Below, one piece after another: positions 36,456 to 51,900 of a stretch of DNA of 64,000 nucleotides (its first letter is position 1; each line of letters starts with the position of its first letter). The notes beneath the pieces were generated by a model. That model did not search any database. It saw nothing but the letters and a program-made list of their open reading frames with translations, and was not told the DNA's origin. The position numbers and the translations under genes are program-made. Location: the NCBI RefSeq assembly GCF_009914755.1, contig NC_060929.1. The stretch is one strand, 5' to 3'. The stretch is from the human T2T-CHM13v2.0 reference genome, Homo sapiens.

Positions 36456-39400
36456 TTACACTCTAATAAAAACTAGACAGACGCATACTCAGAAACTACG
36501 TTGTGATGTTGGCAATCAACTCACAGAATTGAACACTCCTTTTGATAGATCAGTTTTGAAATACTATTTTTGTGGAATCTGGAAGTGGATATTAGGACCG
36601 GTTTGAGGCCGTCATTGGAAACGGGAATATCTTCCCATGAAAACTAGGCAGAAGCATTCTCAGAAACTTCTTTGTGATGCTGCATTCAACTCACAGAGTT
36701 GAACATTCTTTTTGGTAGAGCAGTTTTGAAACACTCTTTTTGTAGTATCAGCAAGTGGATATTTGGACTGCTTTGTGGCCTTCATTGGACACGGATATAT
36801 CTTCTCATAACTATACAGAAACATTCTCAGAAACATCTTTGTGATGTTTGCATTCAACTCACAAAGATGAACCTTCCTTTTGATAGAGCAGTTTTGAAAT
36901 ACTCTTTTTGTACAATCTGCAGGTGTACTTTTGGAGCGCTTTGAGGGTTATGGTGGAAAATGAAATATCTTCACATCAAATCTAGACAGAAGCATTCTCA
37001 GAAACTTCTTTGTGATGTTTGCATTCAACCCAAAGAGTTGAACATAGCTTTTCATAGAGTAGCTTTGAAACTCTCTTTTTGTAGAATCTGCAGGTTTATA
37101 TTTGGACTGCTTTGAGCCCTTCGTGGAAACGGGAATATCTTCACATAAAATCTAGAGAGAAGCATTCTCAGAAATTACTTTGTGACGTGTGCATTCAACT
37201 CACAGAGTTGAACCTTCCTTTCAATAGAGCAGTTTTGAAGCACTCTTTTTGTGGAATCTGCAAGTTAACATTTGGAGCACATTGAGGTCTATGGTGGAAA
37301 AGGAAATATCTTCACATAAAAACCACACAGAAGCATTCTCAGAAACATGTTTCAGATGTGTGCATTCAACTCACACAGTTTAAACTTCCTTTCAATAGAG
37401 CAGTTTTGAAACACTCTTTTTGTATTATCTGCTAGTGGATATTTGGAATGATTTGTGGCCTTCGTTGGAAACTGGAAAATCATCTCGTAAATAATTGACA
37501 GAAGCATTCTCAGAAACTTCTTTGTGATATGTGCATTTAACTCACATAGTTCAACCTTCCTTTTGATAGAGCAGTATTGAAACGCTCTATTTGGAGAATC
37601 TGCCAGCAGAAATTAGGAGCACTTTGAGGGCTATGGTGGAAAAGGAAATGTCTTCACAAAAAACGAGACAGAAGCATTCTCAGAAACTTCTTTGTGATGT
37701 GTGCATTCAACTCATAGAGTTGACCCTTTCTTATGATAGAGCAGTTGTGAAACTCTCTTTTTTTAGAATCTGCAAGTGGATATTTGGACCAGTATGAGGC
37801 CTTCGTTGCAAACGGGAATATCTTGTCATAGAAACTAGACAGAAGCATTCTCAGAAACTTCTTTGTGATGTGTGCATTCAACTCACAGAGGTGAAACTTC
37901 CTTTTGATAGAGGAGTTTCGAAACACTCTTGCTGTAGAATCTGTAAGCGGACGTTTGGAGCGCTTTGAGGCCTATGGTAGAAAAGGAAATATCTTCATAT
38001 AAAAACTAGAAGGAAGCAGTCTCAGAAACTACTTTGTGTTGTGTGCATTCAACTCACAGATTTGAGCCTGCCTTTTTATAGAGCAGTTTTGAAACACTCT
38101 ATTTGCAGAATATGCAAGTGGACATTTGGAGCGCTTTGAGGCCAACGTGGAAAAGAAATTATCTTCAAAAAAATACTAGACAGAAGCATTCTCAGAAACT
38201 ACCTTGTGATGTGTGCATTCAACTCACAGAGTTGAAACTTTCTTTTTATGGTGTAGTTTGGAAACACTCTTTTTGTGGAATCTGTAAGTGTATATTTGGA
38301 GCAGTTTGAGGCCTTCATTGGAAACGGGAATATCTTCCCATAAAAAGTAGACAGAAGCATTCTCAGAAATTTCTTTGTGATGTTTGCATTCAACTCACAG
38401 AGATGAACCTTCCTTTTGGTAGAGCAGTTTACAAGCACTCTTTTTGTAGTATCTGCAATTGGATATTTGGAGTACTTTCTGGCCTTCATTGGAAACGGGA
38501 TTATCATCCCATAAAAACAAGACAGAAGCATTCTCAGAAACAACTTTTTGATGTATGCATTCAATTCATAGAGTTGAACCCTCCTTTTGATAGAGCAGTT
38601 TTGAAACACTCTTTTTGCACAATCTGCAAGTGGATTTTTGGATCGCATTGAGAGCTTCAGTGGAAATGGAAATATCTTCACATAAAAACTCGACAGAAAC
38701 TTTCTCAGAAACTTCTTTGTGATATGTACATTCAACTTACAGAGTTCAGCCTTCCTTTTTATAGAGCAGTTTTGAAACACTCTATTTGCAGAATCTGCAA
38801 GTGTACATTTGGAGCGCTTTGAGGCCAAGATGGAAAAGGAAGTATCTTCAAAAAAAAAACTAGACAGAAGCATTCTCAGAAACTGCTTTGCGATGTGTGC
38901 ATTCAACTCACAGCATTGAATGTTTCTTTTGATAGAGTAGTTTTGAAACATTCTTTTTGTGGAATCTGCAAGTAGATATTTGGACCAGTTTGAGGCCTTC
39001 TTTGGAAACGGGAATATGTTCACATAAAAAGTAGACAGAAGAATTCTCAGAAACTTCTTTGTGATGTGTGCATTCAACTCACAGAGTTGAACCTTCCTTT
39101 TGATAGAGCAGTTATGAAACACTCTGCTTTTAGTACCTGCAAGTGGACATTATAGCGCTTTGATTCCTTCATTGGAAACGGGAATATCTTCTCATAAAAA
39201 CTAGACAGAAGCATTCTCAGAAACTTCTTTATGATGTGTGCATTCAAGTCACAGAGTTGAACCCTTCTTTTCTTAGAGCAGTTTTGAAACATTCTTTTTG
39301 TAGGATCTGCAAGTGGACATTTGGAGCGCTTTGAGAGCTATGGTGGAAAAGGAAATATCTTCACATAAAAACTAGACAGAAGCATGCTGAGAAACTACTT

Positions 39401-41553
39401 TGTGATGTTTGCCCTCTACTTAGAGTTGAACATACTTTTTCTTAGAGTAGTTTCAGAAGAATCTTTTTGTAGAATCTGCAAGTGGATATTTAGACCGGTT
39501 TGAGGCCTTTGTTGGAAACGGGAATATCTTCACATAAAAACTAGACAGAAGCATTCTCAGAAAATTCTTTGTGATGTTTGCATTCAACTCACAGAGTTGA
39601 ACATACCGTTTTATACAGCAGTTTTGAAACACTCTTTTTTTAGAATCTGCAAGTGGATAATTGGACTGCTTTGTGGCCTTCTTTGGCAACGGGAATATCT
39701 TATAAAAATTTGACAGAAGTATACTCAGAAACTTCTTTGTGATGTGTGCATTCAACTCACAGAGATGAAACTTCCTTTTGATAGAGCAGTATTGAACCAC
39801 TCTTTTTGTAGAATCTGCAAGTTGCCATTTGGAGCGATATGAGGGCTATCACGGAAAAGGAAATATCTTCACATAAAAACTAGACAGAAGCATTCTAAGA
39901 AACTTCCTTGGGATGTGTGTACTCAGCTCACAGAGTTGATCCTTCCTTTTGATCGGGCAGTTTTGAAACACTCTTTTTGTAGAATCTGCAAGAGGATATT
40001 TGGACTGCTTTATGGTCTTTGTTGGAAACAGGAATATCACCTCATAAAAACTTGACAGAAGCAATCTCAGAATCTTCTTTGTGATGTGTGCATTCAACTC
40101 ACAGTGTTGAACCTTTCTTTTGATAGAGCAGTTTTGAAACACTCTTCTTGTAGAATCTGCAAGTGGATATTTGGACTGATTTGTGGCCTTCGTTGGAAAT
40201 GGGAATATCATCTCATAAAAACTTGACAGAAGCATTCTCAGAAACTTCTTTGTGATGCTTGCATTTAACTCACAGAGTTCAACCTTTCTTTTGGTAGAGC
40301 AGTTTTGAAACACTGTATTTGCAGAATCTGCAAGTGGACATTTGTAGGGCTTTGTGGGCAGTTATGGAAAAGGACATATCTTCAAATGAAAACTAGACAG
40401 AAGAATTCTCAGAAACCTCTTTGTGATGTTTGCATTCAACTCACGGACTTGAACATACCTTTTCATAGAGCAGTTTTGAAACACTCTTCTTGAATAATCC
40501 GCAAGTGGATATTTAGACCGGTTTGAGGCCTTCATTGGAAACGGGAATATCTTCACATGAAAACTAGACAGAAGGATTCTCAGAAACCTTTTTGTGATGT
40601 CTGCATTCAACTCACAGAGTTAATCCTTCCTTTTGATAGAGCAGTTTTGAAACACTCTTTTTGTAGAATCTGCAAGTGGATATTTGGACTGCTTTGTGGC
40701 CTTTGTTGAAAACGGATATATATTTTCATAACTATACAGAAGCATTCTCAGAAACACCTTTGTGATATTTGCATTCAACTGACAGAGTTGAACTTTTCTT
40801 TTTATAGGGCAGTTTTGAAATACTCTTTTTGTAGAATCTGCAAGTGTAATTTTGGAGCACTTTGAAGGATTATGGTGGAAAATGAAATATCTTCACATAA
40901 AAAGTAGACAGAAGCATTCTCAGAAACTTCTTTGTGAAGTATGCTGTCAACTCACAAAGTTGAATATAGCTTCTCCTAGAGTAGTTTTGAAAAAATCTTT
41001 TTGTAGAATCTGCAAGTGTATATTTGGACCGCTTTGAGCCCTTCGCTGGAAACGGGAATATCTTCTCATAAAAACTAGACAGAAGCATTCTCAGAAACTT
41101 CTTTGTGATGTGTGCATTCAACTCACAGAGTTGAAACTTCCTTTTGATAGAGCAGTTTTGAAACACTCTTTTTGTAGAATCTGCAAGTGGATATTTGGAC
41201 TGATTTGTGGCCTTCATTGGAAATGGGAATTTCATCTCATAAAGACTTGACAGAAGCATTCTCAGAAACTTCTTTGTGATGCGCGCATTTAACTCACAGA
41301 GTTCAACCTTCCTTTTCATAGAGCAGTTTTGAAACACTCTATTTGCAGAATCTGCATGTGGACATTTGCAGCGCTTTGTGGGCGGTTATGGAAAAGGAAA
41401 TATCTTCACATGAAAACTAGACAGAAGCATTCTCAGAAACCTCTTTGTGATGCTTGCATTCAACTCACAGAGTTGAATATACGTTTTCATAGAGCAGTTT
41501 TGAAACAGTCTTTTTGTGTAATCTGCAAGTGGATATTTAGAGCGGTTTGAGGC

Positions 41554-41570
41554 CTTCGTTGGAAACGGGA
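41554..41570 (+). promoter_or_regulatory. CENP-B box (perfect)
   Basis: CTTCGTTGGAAACGGGA. Confidence 0.92.
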
Positions 41571-43692
41571 ATATCTTCACATGAAAACTAGACAGAAGCA
41601 TTCTCAGAAACTTCTTTGTGATGTGGGCATTCAACTCAGAGAGTTCAAAACTCTTTTTAGTAGGGAGGTTTTTAAACACTCTTTTTATAGTATCTGCAAG
41701 TGGATATTTGGACTGCTTTGTGGCCTTCATTGGAAACGGATATATCTTCTCATAACTAAACAGAAGTATTCTTAGAAACATCTTTGTGATGTTTGCATTC
41801 AACTCACAGAGTTGAACCTTCCTTTTGATAGAGCTGTTTGAAACACTCTATTTGCAGAATCTGCAAGTGGAAATTTGGAGCGCTTTGACGGCTACGTAGA
41901 AAAGGAAATATCTTCATATGAAAACCAGACAGAAGCATTCTCAGAAACTATTTTGTGTCGTGTGCATTCAACACTCAGAGTTGAACCTTTCCTTTGATAG
42001 AGCAGGTATGAAACACTTTTTATGTAGAATCTGCAAGTGGACATTTGGAGGGGTTTGAGGCCTACGGTGGAAAAGAAAATATCTTCACCTAAAAACTAGA
42101 CAGAAGCATTCTGAGAAACTTCTTTGTGATGTGTGTTTTCAGCTCCCAGAGTTGAACCTTTCTTTTGATAGAGCAGTTTTTAAACGCCCTATTTGCAGAA
42201 TATGCAAGTGGACATTTGGAGCACTTGAGGGCAATGGTGGGAAAGGAAATATCTTCACATAAAAACTAGACAGAAGCATTTCCAGAAACTCCTTGGTGAT
42301 GTGTGTATTCAACTCACAGAGTTCAACCTTTCTTTCAATAGAGTAGTTTTGAAACAATCTTTATGTAGAATCTGCAAGTTGATATTTGGAGCACTTTGAT
42401 GGCTATGGTGGAAAATGAAATATCTTTACATAAAAACTAGACAGAAGCATTATCAGATACTTCTTTGTGATGCATGCATTCAACTCACAGAGTTGAATCT
42501 TTCTTTTGATAAAGCGGTTTTGAAACAGTCTTTGTGTAGAATCTGTAAGCAGACATTTGGAGTGCTTGGAGGCCTATGGTAGAAAAGGAAATAACTTCGT
42601 AGAAAAACTAGACAGAAGCATTCTCAGAAAGTACTTCATGTTGTGTGCATTCAACTCACAGAGTTGAACCTTTCTTTTGATAGATCAGCTTTGAAACACT
42701 TTTTGTGGAATCTGCAAGTGGACATTTGGAGAGCTTTGTGGCCTGTGGTAGAAAAGGAAATGTCTTCACATAAAAGCTAGACAGAAACATTCTCAGAAAC
42801 TACTTCTTGTTGTGTACATTCAATTCACAGAGTTCAACCTTTCTTTTGATAAGCAGCTTTGAACCACTCTTTCTGTAGAATCTGCAAGAGGACATTTGGA
42901 GAGCTTTGAGGCCTGTGGTAGAAAAGGAAATATATTCACATAAAAACTAGACAGAAGCATTCTCAGAAACTTCTTTGTGATGTGTGCATTCAACTCAGAG
43001 ACTTGAACCTTCCTTTTGATAGAGCAGTTTCGAAACACTCTTTTTGTAGAATCTGCAAGTGGACATTTGGAGCGCTTGGAGGGCTATGCTGGAAAAGGAA
43101 ATATCTTCACATAAAAACTACAGAGAAGCATTCTCGGAAAGTTCCTTGTGATGTATGCATATATCTCACAGAGTTGAACCTATATTTTGATGGAGAAATT
43201 TTGAAACACTTTTTGTGGAATCTGCAAGTTTATATTTGGACCGGTTTGAGGCACTGGTTGGAAACGGGATTATATTCTCATAAAAGCTTGACAGAAACAT
43301 TCTCGAAACTACTTTGAGATGTATCCATTCCACTAACAGAGGTGAACGTTTCTTTGATAGAGCAGTTTTGAAACACTCTTTTTGTAGAATCTTCAATTTT
43401 ACCTTTGGAGCGCTTTGAGGGCTATGGTAGAAATGGAAATATCTTCACATAAAAACTAGACAGAAGTATTCTCAGAAACTTCCTTGTGGTGTGTGCATTC
43501 AGCTCACAGAGTTGAACATACTTTTTCATAGAGCAGTTTTGAAACAGTCTTTTTGTAGAATCTGCAAGTGGATATTTAGACAGCTTTGAGGCTTTCGTTG
43601 GAAATGGGAATATCTTCACATAAAAACTAGACAGAAGGATTCTCAGAATCTTCTTTGTGATGTGTGCATTCAACTCCCAGAAATGAACCTTC

Positions 43693-43748
43693 CTTTTGAT
43701 AGAGCAGTTTTGAAACACTCTTGTGTTTCAAAACTGCTCTATCAAAAG
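43693..43748. repeat. Perfect 26-bp inverted repeat with 4-nt spacer at the alpha-satellite strand switch
   Basis: CTTTTGATAGAGCAGTTTTGAAACAC-tctt-GTGTTTCAAAACTGCTCTATCAAAAG. Confidence 0.95.
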
Positions 43749-46700
43749 AAAGTTAAACTCTGTGAGGTGAATGCAAACGTCACAAATTAGTTTCTGAGAA
43801 CACGTTTGTCTAGTTTAAAAAGGAAAATACTTACTTTTCTACCGTAGGCATAAACGCCTTCCAAATATCCACTTGCAGATTCTAACAAAAGTTGTCTCAA
43901 AACTACTCCAACAAAAGAAAGGTTCAACACCGTGAGTTGAATGTACACGTCAGAAAGAAGTTTCTCATAATGTTACTGTCTAGTTTTTATATGAAGATAT
44001 TTCCTTTTCCACCATAGCCCTCAAAGCACTCCAAGTGTCCACTTGAAGATTATACAAAGGATTGTTTCAAGACTCCTGTATGAAAAGGTATGTTCAACTC
44101 TGTGATTTGAATGCAAACATCACAAAGATGTTTCTGAGAATGCTTCTGTCTAGTTTTAATGTGAAGATATTTCCTTTTCCAACATAGCCCTTAACGCGCT
44201 CCAAATGTCTACCTGCAGATGCCACAAAAAGGGTGTTCAAAACAGCTCTATAAAACGACAGGTTCTACACTGTGAGGTGAATGCATACATCACAAAGTAG
44301 TTTCTGAGAATGCTTCTGTCTAGTTTTTATATGAAGATATTTCATTTTCTGCCATAGGCCTCAAAGCGCTTCAAATATCCACTTGTAGATTCTACAGAAA
44401 GAATGTTTCAAAACTGCTGTATCAAAAGGAAGGTGCAACTCTCTGAGTTGAAAGCACACATCACAAAGAAGTTTCTGAGAATCCTTCTGTCTAGTTTTTA
44501 TGTGAAGATATTCACGTTTCCTTCGAAGGACTCAATGCGATCCAAGTATCCACTTGCAGATTCTATGAAAAGAGTGTTTCAAAACTGCTCTATTAAATGA
44601 TGTTAAACCCTGTGAGTTGAATGCAAACCTCACAAAGAAGTTTCTGAGAATGCTTCTGTCTAGTTTTTATGTTTAGATATTCACGTTTCCAACGAATAAC
44701 TTAAAGTGCTCCAAATAATATCCACTTGCAGATTCTACAAATAGAGTGTTGCAAATCTGTTCTATCAAAACGAAAATTCAATTCTGTGAGCTGAATGCAA
44801 ACATGAAAAAGAAGTTTCTGAGAATGCTTCTGTCTTGTTTTTATGTGAATATTCGTTTTCCACCACAAGCCTCAAATCTTTCCAAATATCGACTTGCAGA
44901 TTCTGCCAAAAGAGTGTTTCAGACCTGCTGTAGGAAAAGGTATGTTCAACTCTGTGAGTTGCATGCAAACATTGAAAAGAAGTTTCTGAGAATGCTTCTG
45001 TCTAGTTTTTGTTTAAAGATATTTCCTTTTCCAACATAGCCCTCAAAGTGCTCCAAATGTCCACTTGCAGATTCTACAAAAAGAGTGTTTCAAAACAGCT
45101 CTATCAAAAGAAAGGTTGAACCCTGTGAGTTGAATGCACACATCACAAAGAAGTTTCTGAGAATGCTTCTGTCTAGTTTATATACGAAGATATTCCCTTT
45201 TCCACCATAGGCCTCAATGCGCTCCAAATATCCACTTGCAGATTCTACAAAGACTGTTTCAAAACTGCTCTAGCAAAACGAAGGTTCACCTCTGTGAATT
45301 GAATGCACACATCACAAAGAAGTTTCTGAGAATGCTTCTATCTAGTTTTTATGTATAGTTATTCCCGCTTCCAACGAATGCCTCAAAGCAATCCAAATAT
45401 GAACTTGCTGATTCTACAAAAAGTGTGTTTCAAAACGGCAGTATTAAAAGGTATGTTCAACTCTGTGAGTTGAATGCAAACATCACATAAAAGTTTCTGA
45501 TAATGCTTCTGTCTAGTTTTATATGAACATATTTCTTTTCCACCACAGACCTCAAAGTGCTTCAAATGTCCACTTACAGATTCTACAAAAAGAGAGTATC
45601 AAAACTGCTCTATCAAAACGCAGGTTCAACTCTATGAGTTGAATGCACACATAACAAATGAGTTAATGAGAATGCTTCTGTCTAGTTTTTATGTGAAGAT
45701 ATTTCCTTTTCCACCATAGCCCTCAAAGCGTTCCAAATATCCACTTGCAGATTCTACAAAAAGAGTGTTTCAAAACTGCTCTAGGAAGAGGTATGTTAAA
45801 CTCTGTGTGTTGAATGCAATCATCACAAAGAAATTTCTGAGAATGCTTCTGTCTCGTTTTTATGTGCAGATATTTCCTTTTCCAACATAGCCTTCAAAGC
45901 TCTCCAAATGTCCACTCGCAGATTGTACAAAAAGACTTTTTCAAAACAGCTCTATAAAAAGAAGGTTCAACACTGTGAGTTGAATGCACACATCACAAAG
46001 TAGTTTCTGAGAATGCTTCTGTCTAGTTTTTATATGAAAATATTTCCTTTTCTACCATAGGCCTCAATGCGCTCCAAGTATCCACTTGCAGGTGTTACAA
46101 AAAGAGTGTTGCAAAACTGCTCTATTAAAAGGAGGTGCAACTCTGTGAGTTGAAAGCACACATCACAAAGAAGTTTCTGAGAATGCTTCTGTCTCGTTTT
46201 TATGTGAAGATATTCACGTTTCCTTCGAAGGCCTCAAAGCGGTCCAAGTATCTACTTGCAGATCCTATAAAAAGATTGTTTCAAAACTGCTCTATGAAAA
46301 GGTATGTTCAACTCTGTGAGATGAATGCAAACATCACAAAGAAGTTTGTGAGAATGCTTCTGTCTCGTTTTTATGTGAAGATATTCACGTTTCCAATGAA
46401 GGCCTCAAAGCGGCCCAAACATCCAATTGCAGATTGCACAAAAAGAGTGTCACAAAACTGCTCTATGAAAAGGTGTTCTAAACTCTGTGGGTTGAATGCA
46501 AACATCACAAAGAAGTTTCTGAGAGTATTTCTGTCTGGTTTTTATGTGAAGATATTCCTGTTTCCAACGAAGACCTCACATTGCTCCAAATATCCACTTG
46601 CAGATTCTACAAAAAGAGTGTTTCAAAACTCCTCTATCAAAATGACGGTTCAACACAGTGAGTTGAATGCACACATCACAAAAAAGTTTCTGAGAATGCT

Positions 46701-46880
46701 TCAGTCTAATTTTTAAGTGAAGTTATTCCCGTTTCCAATGAAGGCTTCAAAGCTTTCCAAATATCAACTTGCAGATCCTACAAAAAGAATGTTTCAAAAC
46801 TGCTCTATTAAAAGGAATGTTCAAATCTGTGATTTGATTGCACACATCACAAAGAAGTTTCTAAGAATGATTCCATCTTG

Positions 46881-49068
<2,188 letters not shown>

Positions 49069-50824
49069 CTTCTGTCTAGTGTTTAAGCAAAGATACTTCC
49101 TTTTCCAACGGAGGCCTCAAAGAGCTCGAAATGTCCCCTTGCAGATTCTACAAAAAGAGTGTAACAAAACTTCTCTATCCAAAAAAAGGTTCAATTCCGT
49201 GGGTTGAATGGACAGATCACAAAGAAGTTTATCAGAATGCTTCTGTCTAGTTTTTATGTGAAGATGTACCCGTTTCTAACAAAGGCCCCAAAGCGGTCCA
49301 AATATGCACTTTCAGATTCTGCAAAAAGAATGTTTCATAACTGTTCTATGAATACGTATGTTAAACCGTGTGAGTTGAATGCAAACATCACAAATAATTT
49401 TCTGAGAATGTTTCTGTCTTCTTTTTATGTGAATATAATTACTTTTCCATCACAGACCTGAAATGGGTTCAAATATCCACTTGCAGATCCTACGAAAAGA
49501 GTGCTCCTAAACTGCTCTATCAAAAGGAAATTTCAACTCTGTGAGTTGAATGCACACATGAAAAGGAGTTTTTGAGAATGCTTCTGTCTATTTTTTATAT
49601 GAAGATATTCCCGTTTCCAAAGAAGTCCTCAAAGGGGTACAAATATCCACTTGCAGATTCTACAAAAAGAGTGTTTCAAAACTGCTCTATCAAAAAGAAA
49701 GTTCAACTCTGTCAGTTGTATGCACATATCACAGTGAAGTTTCTGGGAATGCTTCTGTCTGCTTTTTATGTGAAGATATTTCGTATTCCACCATAGCCCT
49801 CAAAGAGCTCCAAATGTCCACTTGCAGATTCTACAAAAAGAGTGCTTCAAATCTGCTCTATCAAAGGAAAGGTTCAACTCTGTGAGTTGAATGCACACAA
49901 CAAAAATTATTTTCTGAAAATTCTTCTGTCTGGTTTTTATGTGAAGATATTTCCTTTTCTACCATATGCCTCAAAGTGCCCCAAATTTCCGCTTGCAGAT
50001 TCTACACAAAGAGAGTTTCAAAACGGCTCTATCAAAAGAAACGTTCAACTCCGTGAGTTGAATGTAAACATCACAAAGAAGTTTCTGACAATGCTTCTGT
50101 CTAGTTTTTATGTGAAGATATTTCCTTTTCCCCCACAACCCTCAAAGTGCTCCAAGTTTCCACTTGCAGATTCTACAAAAAGAGTGTGTCAAAACTGCTC
50201 TATCAAAAGAAAAATTAAACTCTCTGAGTTTAATGCACACATTACAAAGTAGTTTCTGAGGATCCTTCTGTCTAGTTTTTATATGAAGATACTTCCTTTT
50301 CTACCATAGGCCTCAAAGTGCTCCGAATAGCCACTTGCAGATTGTACAAATAGAGTGTTGCAAAACTGCTCTATCAAAGGGAATGTTCAAACCTGTGAGT
50401 TGAATGCAATCATCACAAAGAAGTTTCTGAGAATGCTTCTGCCTAGTTTTTATGTGACGATATTTCCGTTTCCAACGAAGGCTTCAAAGCAGTCCAATTA
50501 TCCACCTGCAGATTCTACAAAAAGAGTGTTTCAAAACTCCTCTTTCAAACGGAAGGTTCAACTCTGTGAGTTGAATGTACCCATCACAAAGAAGTTTCTG
50601 AGAATGCTTCTTTCTAGTTTTTATGTGAATATAATTCCTTTTCCACCGCAGGCCTCACAGCGGTCCAAATATCCACTTGCAGATTCTACAAAAAGAGTGT
50701 TTCAAAACTGCTCTATGAAAAGCAATGTTCCACTTTGTGACTTGAATGCAAACATCTAAAAGAAGTTTCTGAGAATGCTTCTGTCTAGTTTTAATGTGAA
50801 GATATTTCCTTTTCCAACACAGCT

Positions 50825-51800
50825 CAGTAATGGGATGGCTGGGTCAAATGGTATTTCTAGTTCTAGATCCCTGAGGAATCGCCACACTGACTTCCACAAT
50901 GGTTGAACTAGTTTACAGTCCCACCAACAGTGTAAAAGTGTTCCTATTTCTCCACATCCTCTCCAGCACCTATTGTTTCCTGACTTTTTAATGATTGCCA
51001 TTCTAACTGGTGTGAGATGATATCTCATAGTGGTTTTGATTTGCATTTCTCTGTTGGCCAGTGATGATGAGCATTTTTTCATGTGTTTTTTGGCTGCATA
51101 AATGTCTTCTTTTGAGAAGTGTCTGTTCGTGTCCTTCGCCCACTTTTTGATGGGGTTGTTTGTTTTTTTCTTGTAAATTTGTTTGAGTTCATTGTAGATT
51201 CTGGATATTAGCTCTTTGTCAGATGAGTAGGTTGTGAAAATTTTCTCCCATGTTGTAGGTATACCATTTGACCCAGCCATCCCATTACTGGGATATACCC
51301 AAAGGACTATATATTCTGCTGCTATAAAGACACATGAACATGTATGTTTGTTGCGGCATTATTCACAATAGCAAAGACTTGGAACCAACCCAAATGTCCA
51401 ACAATGATAGACTGGATTAAGAAAATGTGGCACATATACACCATGGAATACTATGCAGCCATAAAAAATGATGAGTTCATGTCCTTTGTAGGGACATGGA
51501 TGAAACTGGAAACCATCATTCTCAGTAAACTATCGGAAGAACAAAAAACCAAACACCACATATTCTCACTCATAGGTGGGAATTGAACAATGAGATCACC
51601 TGGACACAGGAAGGGGAATATCACACTCTGGGGACTGTGGTGGGGTGGGGGGAGGGGGGAGGGATAGCATTGGGAGATATACCTAATGCTAGATGACGAG
51701 TTAGTGGGTGCAGTGCACCAGCATGGCACATGTATACATATGTAACTAACCTGCACAATGTGCACATGTACCCTAAAACTTAAAGTATAATAAAAAAAAA
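50825..51800. mobile_element. 5'-truncated, twin-primed L1 (L1PA2-like): inverted piece 50825-51260 (minus), 3' end 51261-51800 (plus) with poly-A
   Basis: Junction TGTAGGT|ATACCATTTGACCC; 3'UTR has GAAACCATCATT, GAGATCAC, GGGGAATATCAC and CACAATGTGC; ends AAAGTATAAT plus A-tail. Confidence 0.94.
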
Positions 51801-51900
51801 GCCCTCCAAGCGCTCAAAATGTCCACTTGCAGATTCTACAAAAAGAGTGCTGCAAAACAGCTCTATCAAAAGATAGTTTCAACCCTGTGAATTGAACACA

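Larger units (their letters stand above)
18270..43718 (+). repeat. Alpha satellite, divergent A/B monomers (SF5/R1R2-like), with most of the window's intact CENP-B boxes
   Basis: Continuous ~171-bp periodicity in the same orientation as 4437-12267; interrupted only by the L1 stub at 29491. Confidence 0.96.

Noticed and set aside
38199-39122. 307-aa ORF and the many [30 protein letters not shown] ORFs
   Set aside because: Translation of alpha satellite: 171 is divisible by 3 and one frame is stop-poor, giving 57-aa repeats. The frame flips with the satellite at 43,720 and there is no gene structure.
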